Below are positions 38,841-50,461 of a stretch of DNA of 64,000 bases, one piece after another. Position numbers and translations under genes: made by a program. The notes below the pieces were generated by a model. It did no database searches. It was given only the letters and a program-made list of their open reading frames with translations, and was not told where the DNA came from. The DNA comes from Chiloscyllium plagiosum (lineage: Eukaryota), in contig NC_057718.1 in NCBI RefSeq assembly GCF_004010195.1, forward strand, positions 88,015,424 through 88,079,423. The letters are read 5' to 3'. Position 1 is the stretch's first letter. Each line of letters opens with the position of its first letter.

Positions 38841-40421
38841 ATGCTTCAATATTAACATTGCATCTTGAGTGATGGCACATCTGAGTGTAGCATTCTTTCT
38901 GAAGCGAATTAAGGGTTTAAATCTACTCAAATATAGATTTCAAGAAACTGAACAAAACAAACTCCATTGTTATTGTGCTTCTGTGTTCATCTATGTTATA
39001 AAATAGAAATCAGTCCAAAAAGTGGTAATTGTAATAATCAAGATCATACCTTTTTTCCTAAGTGCTCTCATTAAAGAGTACCCATTTTTAGTTTGGTATG
39101 TTATATTTTGGTTATCTTTTCAAAATAGATTACTGTTTGTTTAATGTTGTTTTTGTTGCTGTCTGCCCTCACTATTAGATTCAAGATCCATTGATGTCAT
39201 TTCAAGGAAAGTGGGGTTTGTTTTGGTGAACTGGCCCAATACTTGTCCTTCAGTCAGTTTTACTGAGAGATTTTCTGGTCATTTATCACATCATTTATGA
39301 TGTTTTGCTCTATCCAAAATTACTGTGTTTCCAACATTGCAGTTGTGACCATACGTGGCCAATCTTTTTTTTAAAAGAAGTGTATGTTGAAATTTCAAAA
39401 TGGTAAAAGTATAAATAGATAAAAAGTACTGTTTATTGGCAAAGATCTTGTGAATGAAGATGTTGCTTTTGGCTGTAGTTATACTTGTCTAATATCTGTA
39501 ATCTCACTTCAAAAGATGTACACATCAAATCTTGTTGGCATTCTCCAGAGTAGTTGTTGCTTTCCTAGGTTTGTATGCACAAATCTAAACTTCTATCCAT
39601 TCCATTTGATAAGACTGATTTGATTGCTTATCATTTAATCATATAACTGCTGTAGTCTCCAAACTCTCCTGAATGAATCTGTATTAGCTAATTACATGCT
39701 CACTACTATTCGGGTACATAATTATGTTGAAGAAAACCATGGTTTACTGCTATGATTTTACTCTTAAATGCAATCCTGTATTTTTCACGGCGTAACCAAA
39801 GTGCAGTTTTTTTTTCATGCTTCAGTTCTCAAAAGACTTAAATTTCTATTCTGTTGGACTTCTTTTCAGGTCATTCCAATTGGTTGCAAAACATTTAAGT
39901 TTATTTTTGTTGCAGTTTAATTGTTATTTGGAAATGGAAAAATCAAATTGTGCACAACAAGGTGCTGCAAATAGCTACGTGATGGTGATCTGTTCAGGGA
40001 TGAAAATCCAGGGATATCTCTGCTCTCTTTGTTTGAAATAATACCAGTATCCTGCTCCTAGAAATAGTTCAAGGAACAACTAATTGCAGCTGACTCACTG
40101 GGGCTTTGGCTGATGTCAGTTTGCCCCTAGACATATATAGTTCCTTTTGAATAATAAAAATCACCTTGCTGATAACTAATAACCACAACTAGCTTTAACC
40201 AGTACTACAAAAATGAAGTGAAATATAGGAGTGTCTTCTTTATTACATTTTTAAAGGTGCTGGTAGACGTTTAAGTTGCTATTCATTTCTTTCAAGGCTG
40301 TTCAAATGTTCCATTTAGTTCTTGACTGATTTCTACCTTCACTCCTATTATTCACCTTTTATAACTAATATCCCTTACTTCAGTTTTGTTAAAAAGGTTG
40401 CTATTAGTGTCATCATCTATA

Positions 40422-40650
40422 TCAATAGACAATAGGTGCAGGAGTAGGCCATTCGGCCCTTCGAGCCAGCACCACCATTCATTATGATCATGGCTGATCG
40501 TCCACAATCAGTATCCTGTTCCTGCCTTATCCCCATAGCCCTTGATCCCACTATCTCTAAGAACTCTATCATCTCTTTTTTGAAAGTATCCAGAGACTTG
40601 GACTCCACTGCCGTCAGAGCATTCCATACATCCACCACTCTCTGGGTGAG
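40422..40650 (-). mobile_element. CR1 3' end of a distinct, CpG-retaining subfamily
   Basis: ORF 40417-40764 TQRVVDVWNAL...LDTFKKEM; tail CAATAGACAATAGGTGCAGGAGTAGGCCATTCGGCCCTTCGAG on plus. Confidence 0.8.
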
Positions 40651-40879
40651 AGTATGGAGTTGAAGAGCAGAACAATTTTGGATCTCTGAAGGAATGTTTG
40701 GTGGTTCACAATGTTCCTGTAGCTGTGTCATTTGATTAATGCAAACTTTATCAGTTATTAACATGAAATAAATGTACCTTGCTAACTGAAACTTCTGATT
40801 TGGCCAGCAAGTTGTTTTCCTCTACTACGCCATATTAAGTGAGTCCTGCTTAATTTTAGTGTTCAAGTGCAGAGTCCCA

Positions 40880-41421
40880 CATAAAAGATTAATACGTATA
40901 ATTAATTGGGGTAGTGTATTGAGATGGATGGAAAATTGGTTAGCAAGCAAGGATTATTATTAATAATATTATTCAGAAGAGATCTGCCAGGATGTAGCTG
41001 TGAATGGAGGGTTTGAATTGCAAGGAATAGCTGAATAGGCTGGTACTTTACTCACTGGAGCATAGGAGGTTGAAGGGTGACCTTAGTTTTTAAAATCGGG
41101 TGTAGATGAGGTGTATGGCAGGTGACTTTTCCTTAGGGTGAGGGATTTCAAGACTAAGCATATTTTTAGGATGAGATGAAGATTTTAAATGCCATGAGGG
41201 GCAAACTTTTTTTAATGGTTCATGAGTGGAATGAACTTGTAGAGGAAGTGGTGGATGCAGGTGCAGTTACAATGTTTAAAAGACATTTGAATAGGTACAC
41301 GAATAAATATTTGGAGGGATATGGGCCAAGTGCAGGTAGAGGGGGGACTAGTTTTAGTTTGGAATTATGGTTGACATGGATTTGTTGGACCGAAGGGTTT
41401 GTTTCTGTGCTAAATGACTCT
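40880..41421 (+). mobile_element. CR1 3' fragment
   Basis: MVHEWNELVEEVVDAGAVTMFKRHL motif and 3' tail. Confidence 0.85.
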
Positions 41422-42289
41422 TGAGTATTCCCTATACTTGGAAATGCCAGCAACCCTCACTGTAAGACAAAGCTCCAACAATGTTGGAGCTGACACATCC
41501 CCATGAAACAAAAATATATCAGTCTTAGTCTTAACTTTCAGTTGGTTTTGCAGCATCCACAACTTGTTTAATGAATCTATATTTTCACTGTGTGGGAACA
41601 TGCCTTTTTCTGACTTCAAGATAATTGCATAAATATTTACTTTTTGGTGATTTAAATTTGTAATTGTGTACGTTAACTTTTATCATCTTGATCTTGTGTG
41701 GTCACAGAAGCTCCCCACCTTTAAAAGAAACTTTTATATTTTGTGAAAAGTGGGCAAGTCCCAAGGGACTTCAGCTATCAAGTATAAATAGTAGCTGGAA
41801 GTCACTCAGATAAAATGGTAATAAGTCACCCTGTCTTTGATCATGGAGTTTCTGCAGACGTGAGGTGATGCAGTAAACCTCTTGAGTTCCTTCCTTTTTC
41901 AATCTTCTGTTACCGTCTAGCTGGCCACACTAGTGACTGGTCATGATGTTCACAATGCCTGCTTAAACAAAAACGTCACCTTTCAGGCCTCATTTTCTCT
42001 CCCTGCAGTAAAGTAACCCCCCTTTACTGCATTGAGAAACAAGAAGCATTGTCTGCAGTGACAGGTTAAACTAGTCCCCTAGGCAGCTCTCTGCTGACTC
42101 ATGTTTAGGAGTCATAATTTGGTTATTATTTTGTGATCCTGGTCCAATACTTTGAAATACTGAATGTTTGTTCTTTTTTTTCTCCTATCTGATTGTTGTC
42201 TTGAGTGGAAATTTCTCTCCCTCACACGGCGTGAGTCATGGTGCATATGGTGACAAAATGGTGAGAATGGAAAAATTCTGGATGTGGAT

Positions 42290-42615
42290 GAATAGCTGAG
42301 GTCTTTTCTTTGCCCCCAAAGTAGGGGAGTTCAAAACTAGAGAGCATAGGTTTACTGTGAGAGGGGAAGGATTTAAAAGGGACCTAAGGGGCAACTTTTT
42401 CCATGCAGAGGGTGATGCATGTATGGAATGTGCTGCGAGAGGAGGCTGGTACAATTACAACATTAAAAAAGGCATCTGGATGGGTATATGAATAGGAAGG
42501 GTTTAGAGGGGTATGGGCCAAATGCTGGCAAATGGGATCAGGTTAATTTAGGATATCTGGTCAGCATGGATGAGTTAGACCAAAGGGCCTGTTTCCATGC
42601 TGCACAACTCTGACT
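42290..42615 (+). mobile_element. CR1 3' fragment
   Basis: Matches the 3' 300 bp of the other CR1 copies. Confidence 0.88.
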
Positions 42616-44473
42616 TTGACCTTCATTTTAAAAATGTTCTTTTTCTCTTGAATAGTGACATCAGGATCTTGGCCTTGAATGGTGGCTACTTTATTTCATG
42701 TATTTGCACATCATTAAAATCCCAACAACCATTGTTTACATCCCAATAGCAATTCTCTTGGCCTCCTTTTTAAAAAGAAAACTAGATGTAAGTTCCCAAA
42801 GGTCAAGACTGGTATTTTCAGATCACCAAGTATCTGTCCTGGCCATCCTGACACTGCTGTTAATGTACAACACTCCTCCATGCTCTAAGGTTCATCATCC
42901 TCCTTGACCTTTCAGCCACGTGACTCCACATCAGGCAACCACATTATGATGTTTACTATTGGAACATCTCAGCCATGACTTCAGTTCTTGAATGTTACTT
43001 TGGAGCTGTTGAATGCCTAGGACGTGCAAGATTTTGCCAGTCACTTTTTGTGTGCAGGGACAGCCGTGAATTTCTTGGGTCTACACAGTATGCTTTAGTG
43101 CTGACATAGACATTCATCCAAGAGCTCTTAGCTTGCTTTCTTGTTCCTCATTGAGTTACAGGCTGCAAGCCTTTGTATGGATTTTATTGCTTTCTTTTTA
43201 ATAATGCTTTGGGTCTTGAGTGCTCAGTTGCAGGCACCTCTGCAGTTTGCTTCTCCGAGCTAAAAAGCCAATCGGCTTGTGACAGGTGGAATGAGACACC
43301 AAAGAGTCAATGTGTCAGTCAGACAGTATGGCACTTTGAATTAAATGTAGCAGTGCTACAGCAGCTTATGTGGCAAACATGCTACATGAGTTTGAAGCAA
43401 GTGATTTTTGAAAGTTAATGGGGAAGGAGCCCTTGAAATGAAAGGGGTCTATCATAGATAGTTGAGGGCCTCATTTGATTACACAATGGTTGGTCCTCCT
43501 ATCTGAATTACAGGTTGGTCAGTTGGGGGCTGCCATGTACCAAAAGGATTAGTCATTTGGGAGGATGATGGTGAGAGGCGTTGAATGGACATCGTACATA
43601 TACTTATGAGAGCTGTAGTCCATCAGCCTTGTAACCTGTCCAGTAGTAAAGTGATGGGTACTGGCCTTTTTGGAGTGTGAGAAAGAAGAGAGGAGGTAGT
43701 GGCATTTACCCTTGAACATTAGTCAGCAGTGCTGCAAGGTCAAATGATCTATCTATATATTTAGACTCTGCATGGGTCAGTGCTGAATTATTTCTGACTA
43801 GGCTGGCTGGTCTGTTGGCATGCTGGTAGTGGTGTATATTTAATTCTGTCTTCCCATCTTTGCCTCTAGCTTTGGTCATGCAAACTTTTATTAATATAGA
43901 AACATTTAGCAAACTGCAGGAAAATGATATTAATTTGGGTAGAAACAGGGAATTAAACGCTGAAGAATTCTCTTGACAACTGGAGCTGTCTGAGAAATGG
44001 GAGGCCTTCATTCAATCTTATCAGTTGGTTGTGATATTTATTTCTGCAACTTTTTTGGTATTCAGTTTGGAGATATGATCATGGTTGGTGAAGCTGATTC
44101 TTGTGGCTTGGCAAGTCGTAGTGGAGGATATATGTCTGCTGATTTGGTGGAGGACTGCTTTCAGAAACTAGATAGTTTCTATCTAGCCCATTCCCCTCCT
44201 GCCATCAGGCAATAAGTGGTTATAATATCTAGAATCTGTGCATCAGAAATCACACTTTTCATTGTGTGGGTTTTACACAGCATGCACAAGCCAAGGGCCA
44301 AAGCACAACATGGAAAGAACATGTCCACATTATCGTCCTGCATGCCCTACTGAATTTATTGTTGACTATCTTCTATTTATTAATTTAAAAATAACACAAG
44401 ACCAGGTCATAGTCCAAAAGGTTTATTTGGAAGCACTAGCTTTCAAAGTGTGTTTCTTCTTCAGATGATTGAC

Positions 44474-44508
44474 CACCTGATGAAGAAGCAGCGCTTCGAA
44501 AGCTAGTG
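44474..44508 (+). ncRNA. Minimal type I hammerhead ribozyme (family B), intact
   Basis: CAC-CTGATGA-A-GAAGC(AGC)GCTTC-GAAA-GC-TA-GTG: stem I CAC/GTG, perfect 5-bp stem II, AGCU palindromic stem III, predicted cleavage after CUA at 44505. Confidence 0.85.
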
Positions 44509-44543
44509 CTACCAAATAAACCTGTTGGACTATAACCTGGTGT

Positions 44544-44731
44544 TGAAAAATGTGTTGCTGGAAAAGCGCAGCAGGTCAGGCAGCATCCAAGGAGCAGGAG
44601 AATCGACGTTAAGGGCTCATGCCCGAAATGTCGATTCTCCTGCTGCTTGGATGCTGCCTGACCTGCTGCGCTTTTCCAGCAACACATTTTTCAGCTCTGA
44701 TCTCCAGCATCTGCAGTCCTCATTTTCTCCT
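44544..44731. mobile_element. Family A hairpin element nested in family B element
   Basis: ~65-bp inverted arms (44544-44610 / 44627-44693) around GGGC(TCAT)GCCC-GAAA; 10-bp direct repeat AACCTGGTGT at 44534-44543 and 44735-44744. Confidence 0.88.
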
Positions 44732-46719
44732 AAAAACCTGGTGTGTGTTTTAACTTTGTCCACCCCCAGTCCAACACCAGTTCCTCCAAATCATGATTTC
44801 TATTTAGGAATCTTAGTTTTGGACTTTGCTATAAGTGAAAACATCTTTCCCTATAATCATCCTCTAATTGTAAAGATGATTACCCAGCTTGTTTTGATTT
44901 TTAATTCACATGCATGTCCCCCCAAGCTGTTTTCTTTGGTTAATTTTACTTTCATGAAAAGACAATACATTTTAGTTGTGGCCTGTTTTTCCTATTGGTT
45001 CATATTCCATAAAACTTCATTTCACCATGATCTGACTTTAACTGTACATTATTAAACATTGGGCAGATGGAAATGGGGTCTGCTGGAGAGGGAGGTATGA
45101 TGGTGTTTTATTTTTAACATCTCTCATTTAAAAATTTCTTTTACTGACCCAGATAAAAGGAGCAATGAAAATGTTCCAGCAAATTCATTCATTCCCTGTT
45201 CATTTTGATAAATGGTCAAATGTGACAGCATGACACATTTGAAGACGGTGGATGGGGCGGGGGTGGGGGGGGGTGACCACAAAATAAGAGTGCCTAACAG
45301 CAGATGTTTCAGATGCTCGGGAATACTGTGAAAACTTCTTGTGAAAGTCTTTTCTCATTTCCTTGACACACAATCACTACTTCCACTTTTCTTTTGCTCG
45401 CTAGCTCACACTCCCAATAGTACTTTGTCCTTGTTTCCACATCCATTTTTTAAGATGTTTCAAACTTCTAACTGGAACACAGTCCACAAATGAATATACA
45501 GAATCCAAACAGATTTGATTCAGGGTTAAAGGTAAGAGAAACTTGCACCTCTGATTTTATTTTAGTCCTGACTTAATGGCATTTGCTCACTTTTAACTTG
45601 TAATTTCTTTACATCTTTGGATTGATCTTGTCCACTTGATCAGTGGAATCCAGCACCTTAACCATTTAAAATCCTTTTCCTTTCTCTCCACCTCTGTACC
45701 TACTTGCTTTATTTGGCTGTCCTTGCAGATAACCCATCCTTTCCCACCAAAGTACTCACTCTGTTTTTGTCGTCTTTTCCCTGCATATGCCTCCTTGCTT
45801 CTCTTCCCTCCCTGATTTCTCTTTCTATGCATGCTGTCAAATTTTTCTCCTCTCATTACTACTACCAGTCAACCTTCATTTCAATTTTCTTTGACTATTT
45901 TGTGGTTCTGCATATGTCACTTCACAAATCCAGTTGTTAGTACTTTGCAAATGTATAATCAGTAACAGCCAGTGTGTAGCAAAATTCTGAAAAGGAATGG
46001 TGGGTCTAAGTCTCATTCATTGTGGCTTGTGCATCTACAAATTTTTGTTTTAACCTATTCAACAAATCTTGAGGTCAGATAATTATTGCTTTTTGTATCC
46101 CCTGTGTGTTCATGACTGGGAGGTAGGAATCTGTTCTCTTCCCCTTTCTCATTATCTTTCCTTTTTTTTATCTTTCCCATCTGCCTCATTCAGTCCCACT
46201 GGTAGGAGTGAGTCTCATTGCCATTCCCACTTCTGAATCAGAGTTTGAAAACTACTCCAGAGCTCCAGCTTTGACTTCTGCATTGACGTCTTATCGTTGG
46301 CTCTAGAGTTCGCTCTCTTATTCTCTCACTCTGTCCCCTCTGGCAGGTTTACCTGATCTGTGCTAGATATAACTGCTTGATAAGTTTTGTGGTATGATTG
46401 TAGGTAACCTCTAGGTCCCATCTTCCAATGCTTGAGAGCTATGGACAGTGTTGGTGAGTTGGCTCAGAATGAACTAACTGGGAAGTTGTCCCTTTCTCTG
46501 CAACAGTAATTTCATACCATCAACTCCAACAAGAAAAGATCCACTTTTCTGGAGTACCTTTCAAAACCTCAACACATCACAATGTTCCACAGCCAGTGAA
46601 ATACATTTTGTAGTCACTGTAATGATGAAAATGGTACACGATTTCCACATGGCATCACATATACAAAGATAAATAATCCAGTCAAACACTCCTGATGTTG
46701 ATCGAGGCATAAATATTAA

Positions 46720-46900
46720 TCAGAGTCTAGAGTGTGGTGCTGGAAAAGCACAGTAGGTCAAACAGCATCCGAGGAGCAGGAGAATCGATGTTTCAGGCAT
46801 AAGCCCTTCATCAGGAATGGCTCATCAGGGCTTATTTCTGTGCTTTTTCAGCACCACACTCTCAACTCTGATGTCCAGCATCTGCAGTCCTCACTTTCTC
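46720..46900. mobile_element. Family A hairpin element nested in a minus-strand SacSINE1-like SINE (~46520-47120)
   Basis: Minus-strand hammerhead ATTC-CTGATGA-A-GGGC(TTAT)GCCT-GAAA-CA-TC at ~46783-46818; direct repeat ATAAATATT(A/G)ATCA at 46709-46722 and 46904-46917. Confidence 0.82.
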
Positions 46901-47519
46901 TTAATAAATATTGATCAAAACATCAGGGAAATTAAAGACTTTGTGGCTCTTGCAAATGTTGCCATCGGATCTTTTATAGGCATTTAGAAGGGCTGGAAAC
47001 TACTGTTTTGTTGTCTTGCCTAAAAATGGTACTTCCAGTCCAACACTCCTTCACTTCCACACTGGAGCATTTTGAATTGGACTGGACCAATTATTTCTGA
47101 CTTGAACAAAGTGCTACTAATCAAAACATGGCTAATAACTGAATAGTCAAGAATTGCAAATGAAGTAATAAATGTGGACACAGATTTTTCTTTAACTCAA
47201 TGTCTGTAGAAAGTAGAAGAAATGGCAATGAGAAACATTTTTAGATGTTCAGGGCTCTTTAAATGCTCTTGTGGTGAATGTGTCCTGAATAGAAATGCTG
47301 CCCTGCAGTGCTGGCAAACTGCCACCTTGTGAAATCAGCAAAAAGTGGAGCCTCCTGTCTAAATTTTAATGTAGCTGATGGCTCATCTCGGCTGATCGTT
47401 AATCTTCTGACTGGTGCCAAGAGTTAGCTGCGGGTCAACTATGAGTGAGGACTGCATTCAGCACTGCTGCACATTGCGATGTGCACCTTTTCTGCACAGA
47501 CTCAGATGAAGAAAACCCT

Positions 47520-47703
47520 CATTGGCTTGGGTTGATCAGTGTTACTGCACTGGGTGAGGAGATTCCATGAAGGGTTTTTGCTTTTCTGTTTTTCTTGGAG
47601 TGAAAATTGAAGATGTGCTAATGAACTGTAATCGCAAAGAAATCTTGAAGTCTAAGCAATGCAGACTTAAATCATTGCAGGGAGGCCAGCCCACTGGGTA
47701 AGT
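47520..47703 (+). other. Candidate upstream (alternative first) exon of PLEKHG1
   Basis: Repeat-free region, ATTGG at 47521, ATG at 47567 open to a consensus donor TGG|GTAAGT at 47697/47698, followed by (TG)n. No transcript evidence. Confidence 0.35.
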
Positions 47704-50021
47704 TGTCGTGCGTGTGTGTGTGTGTGTCTGTTTTGTGCTTTTTTTAATCATTTGTTTTGAGCAGATGAACATGATCTCTAATCTGATTTCCTTTTAAAGG
47801 TTTGCAGTGAGCTGTCAAGTGGCAGCAGCTGCCCTGAGCTTCCACCCACCCTGAATAATTGCCCCTTATTTTAGGGTTATTATCCAGCTGATGAATGGCT
47901 TGCTGCATGGCTGAATGTTTAAGAGGTATAATGCAAAGGAGCTGGATTATAGGAGGTTTGTTTTTTTTTGTGAGACACATCCGTAATTTGAAGGAGCAAT
48001 TTTTGTCTGGAGCATAATACAAAAAGCGGTACAAGCAGTCATTTAGGCATAAAGCCAGATAATCAGGGTTTATCTGAGAGCTGTTTACCTTGTAAGTATG
48101 AATGTGACCATCTAACTAGATGGCCTTCTTGACTTGGACTCTATTCTGGACTTTGTTTCTAGTTGTCAATTTTCCCCAATTGTAGATAGAAATCATCTTA
48201 ACTGTTGAAGCCATGTTGTGATGCGACATTTCCATTAACCCAAATTTAACTTTCTTCCCTAATGGAGAACCTCTTTCCGCATTCCAGGCAAATCAAATGC
48301 TATGCTTCCATGGGGAAAGCGCTCAATATTTTCACGTGCTCTCTAATTTTCATTCTTTTTGGAGAAATTTTCTTTTGATTTATAAATTACTTTACTTTAA
48401 TTCACATTGTTGAGGAAGTGCCCAGGTTACAAACCATTGGCTTATTGTAAAAATCACAACTTCCTGACTGAGGAAAGGGGGGGGGGGTGCTGAGCAAGAC
48501 GCTCACCCATGTTTATCTAGCTTGCAAACTGGATGGTTACAAGGATGGATCAAAGCAGAAAGTTACCAGTATTTAAGCATGCTCTCCCTCTAGTCTACTC
48601 TTTCACCCAATCTCAATCCTTTGTATCAGACACCACCGTGTGACTGCAGTATGTTCAGCTTTGCATCCCAAGTCTGGAAATTTGCTGCTCACTCTGTCAA
48701 TGCATTTCAAGTCTGACTGACAATACCTGATTTCAATCTATGTTCATCTGTTCACTTACTGCTTATATGGTATCATCTGACACTCAGGACAAGTTACTTG
48801 AAGAAAACAGTACAAGGTTTCATCCTTAATTCGTGAACACTCTGTCCTATTGTAGTATTCAAGTGCCTTGACTAATCGGCTCCAGAACAGGTTTCTTGCA
48901 AAGGCATGCACTCTGTGTGAGAACTGCATTTTAAGGGGGTATGAACTTGAACCTTTAAAGACTGTTGGGAAAGCAGGCTATGTGAGGGTATTTCGCATCA
49001 TACATTGTCAAAGATTAATTTAATGGGATTGGTCGTCATCTGTTTGACCAAGCCCTTTGTTAGCCTGTAAATACACTTTTTGGAAGGTGTATTTACGGGG
49101 TGCCATATCTGGCTCAGTGGGAAGCACTCTTGTCTCTGTATCAAAAATGTTTTGGATTCAAATCCCACTTTTGGAGACTTAAAATGTTCTAATAGAATTT
49201 TTATAGAAGTGACTCGACGGTTTGTGCTTCAATAATGTGAGGGATCGTCCAACTGATTTGTTAATATCCCTGATCACTATTAAATTTATGGCCTGGCTCT
49301 CCAAATTTGTTTGTGACACAGAGGGTCACCAGATCTCATTTAAAACCTCTGACTCCTTCAAGGGATTAAAATTCTTCACTTTTTTTCAATGGTTTGGTTT
49401 CAGAACTCTGTCACAAATCTCTGACTTGGATTGCCTGAATAACTGCTAACATCTCGGTAGTTCAATTCCTTTTCTTTCCTGAGACAGGACTTGCAGGGAG
49501 CTCTCAAACTACTCCCAAGCATCTAATTACTAACACAATTGTAGGTTTTATCAAACAGCTAGCTTCACCTTCTGCTGCTGAATTTCTCCAATGTTTCTCA
49601 GTTACATTTCAAGCAAATACAACTTGTGGGCTTGCTTCATCCCACAATTCACTGTTGTGAGCTATCAAGGATTCCCACGGATTTATTTTCAGCCCAGCTT
49701 TTTCCAAGGCATGGAGTTGCCACTTCCCGCACCTCTCCTCAGCTTTAACTGCCTAAAATCTGTTAGTAGCAGCGCTTTGTTTCAGCATTCTCCCAGCTCC
49801 AACTGGAAGCAACTACTATTTCCCAGCAAACACACCGGATATATATTGAAACCAGTGAACCACCAATGCTTTGTGCTTTCCTTAACCTGACCTTTTGGGG
49901 TTTACTATCCCCAATTTCTAATAACTACTTCGATAAAAGTCAGCTTTACAACCTTTTCAGGGTTTACGGAATACTCTTTAAACTATTTTGGCTAATTTTC
50001 TATTCTGATTCTACCACTTTA

Positions 50022-50461
50022 GGGCAGTGTAGTAGACATGGTCTATATGGACTTCAGTAAGGCATTCGACAAAGTTTCCCATGGGAGACTGCTTAGCAAG
50101 GTTAGAGCTCGTGGAATACAGGGAGAAGTAGCCATTTGGATACAGAGCTGGCTCAAAGGTAGAAGACAGAGGGTGGTGGTGGAAGGTTGTTTTTCAGACT
50201 GGAGGCCTGTGACCAGTGGAGTGCCAAGGATCGGTGCAGAGCCCACTGCTTTTCGTCATTTATGTAAATGATTTGGATGCGAGCATAAGAGGTACAGTTA
50301 GTAAGTTTGCAGATGACACCAAAATTGGAAGTGGAGTGGACAGCAAAGCAGGTTACCTCTAATTGTAACAGGATCTTGATCAGATATGTGCCAATGGGCT
50401 GAGAAGGGGCATATGGAGTTTAATTCAGATAAATGCGAGGAACTGCATTTGGGAAAGCAAA
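50022..50461 (+). mobile_element. Internal CR1 RT fragment
   Basis: VYMDFSKAFDKVSHGRL...WRPVTSGVP...FADDTKIG. Confidence 0.9.

Larger units (their letters stand above)
44388..44795. mobile_element. Family B palindromic PLE terminal-repeat element with two opposed hammerheads, interrupted by a family A hairpin
   Basis: 44388-44467 is the inverted copy of 44473-44545 plus 44735-44755; same sequence as the ends of the 13740-14976 element; no coding remnant. Confidence 0.85.

Noticed and set aside
44525..45055. 176-aa ORF
   Set aside because: Chance read-through of nested palindromic repeats with no protein-like signal.
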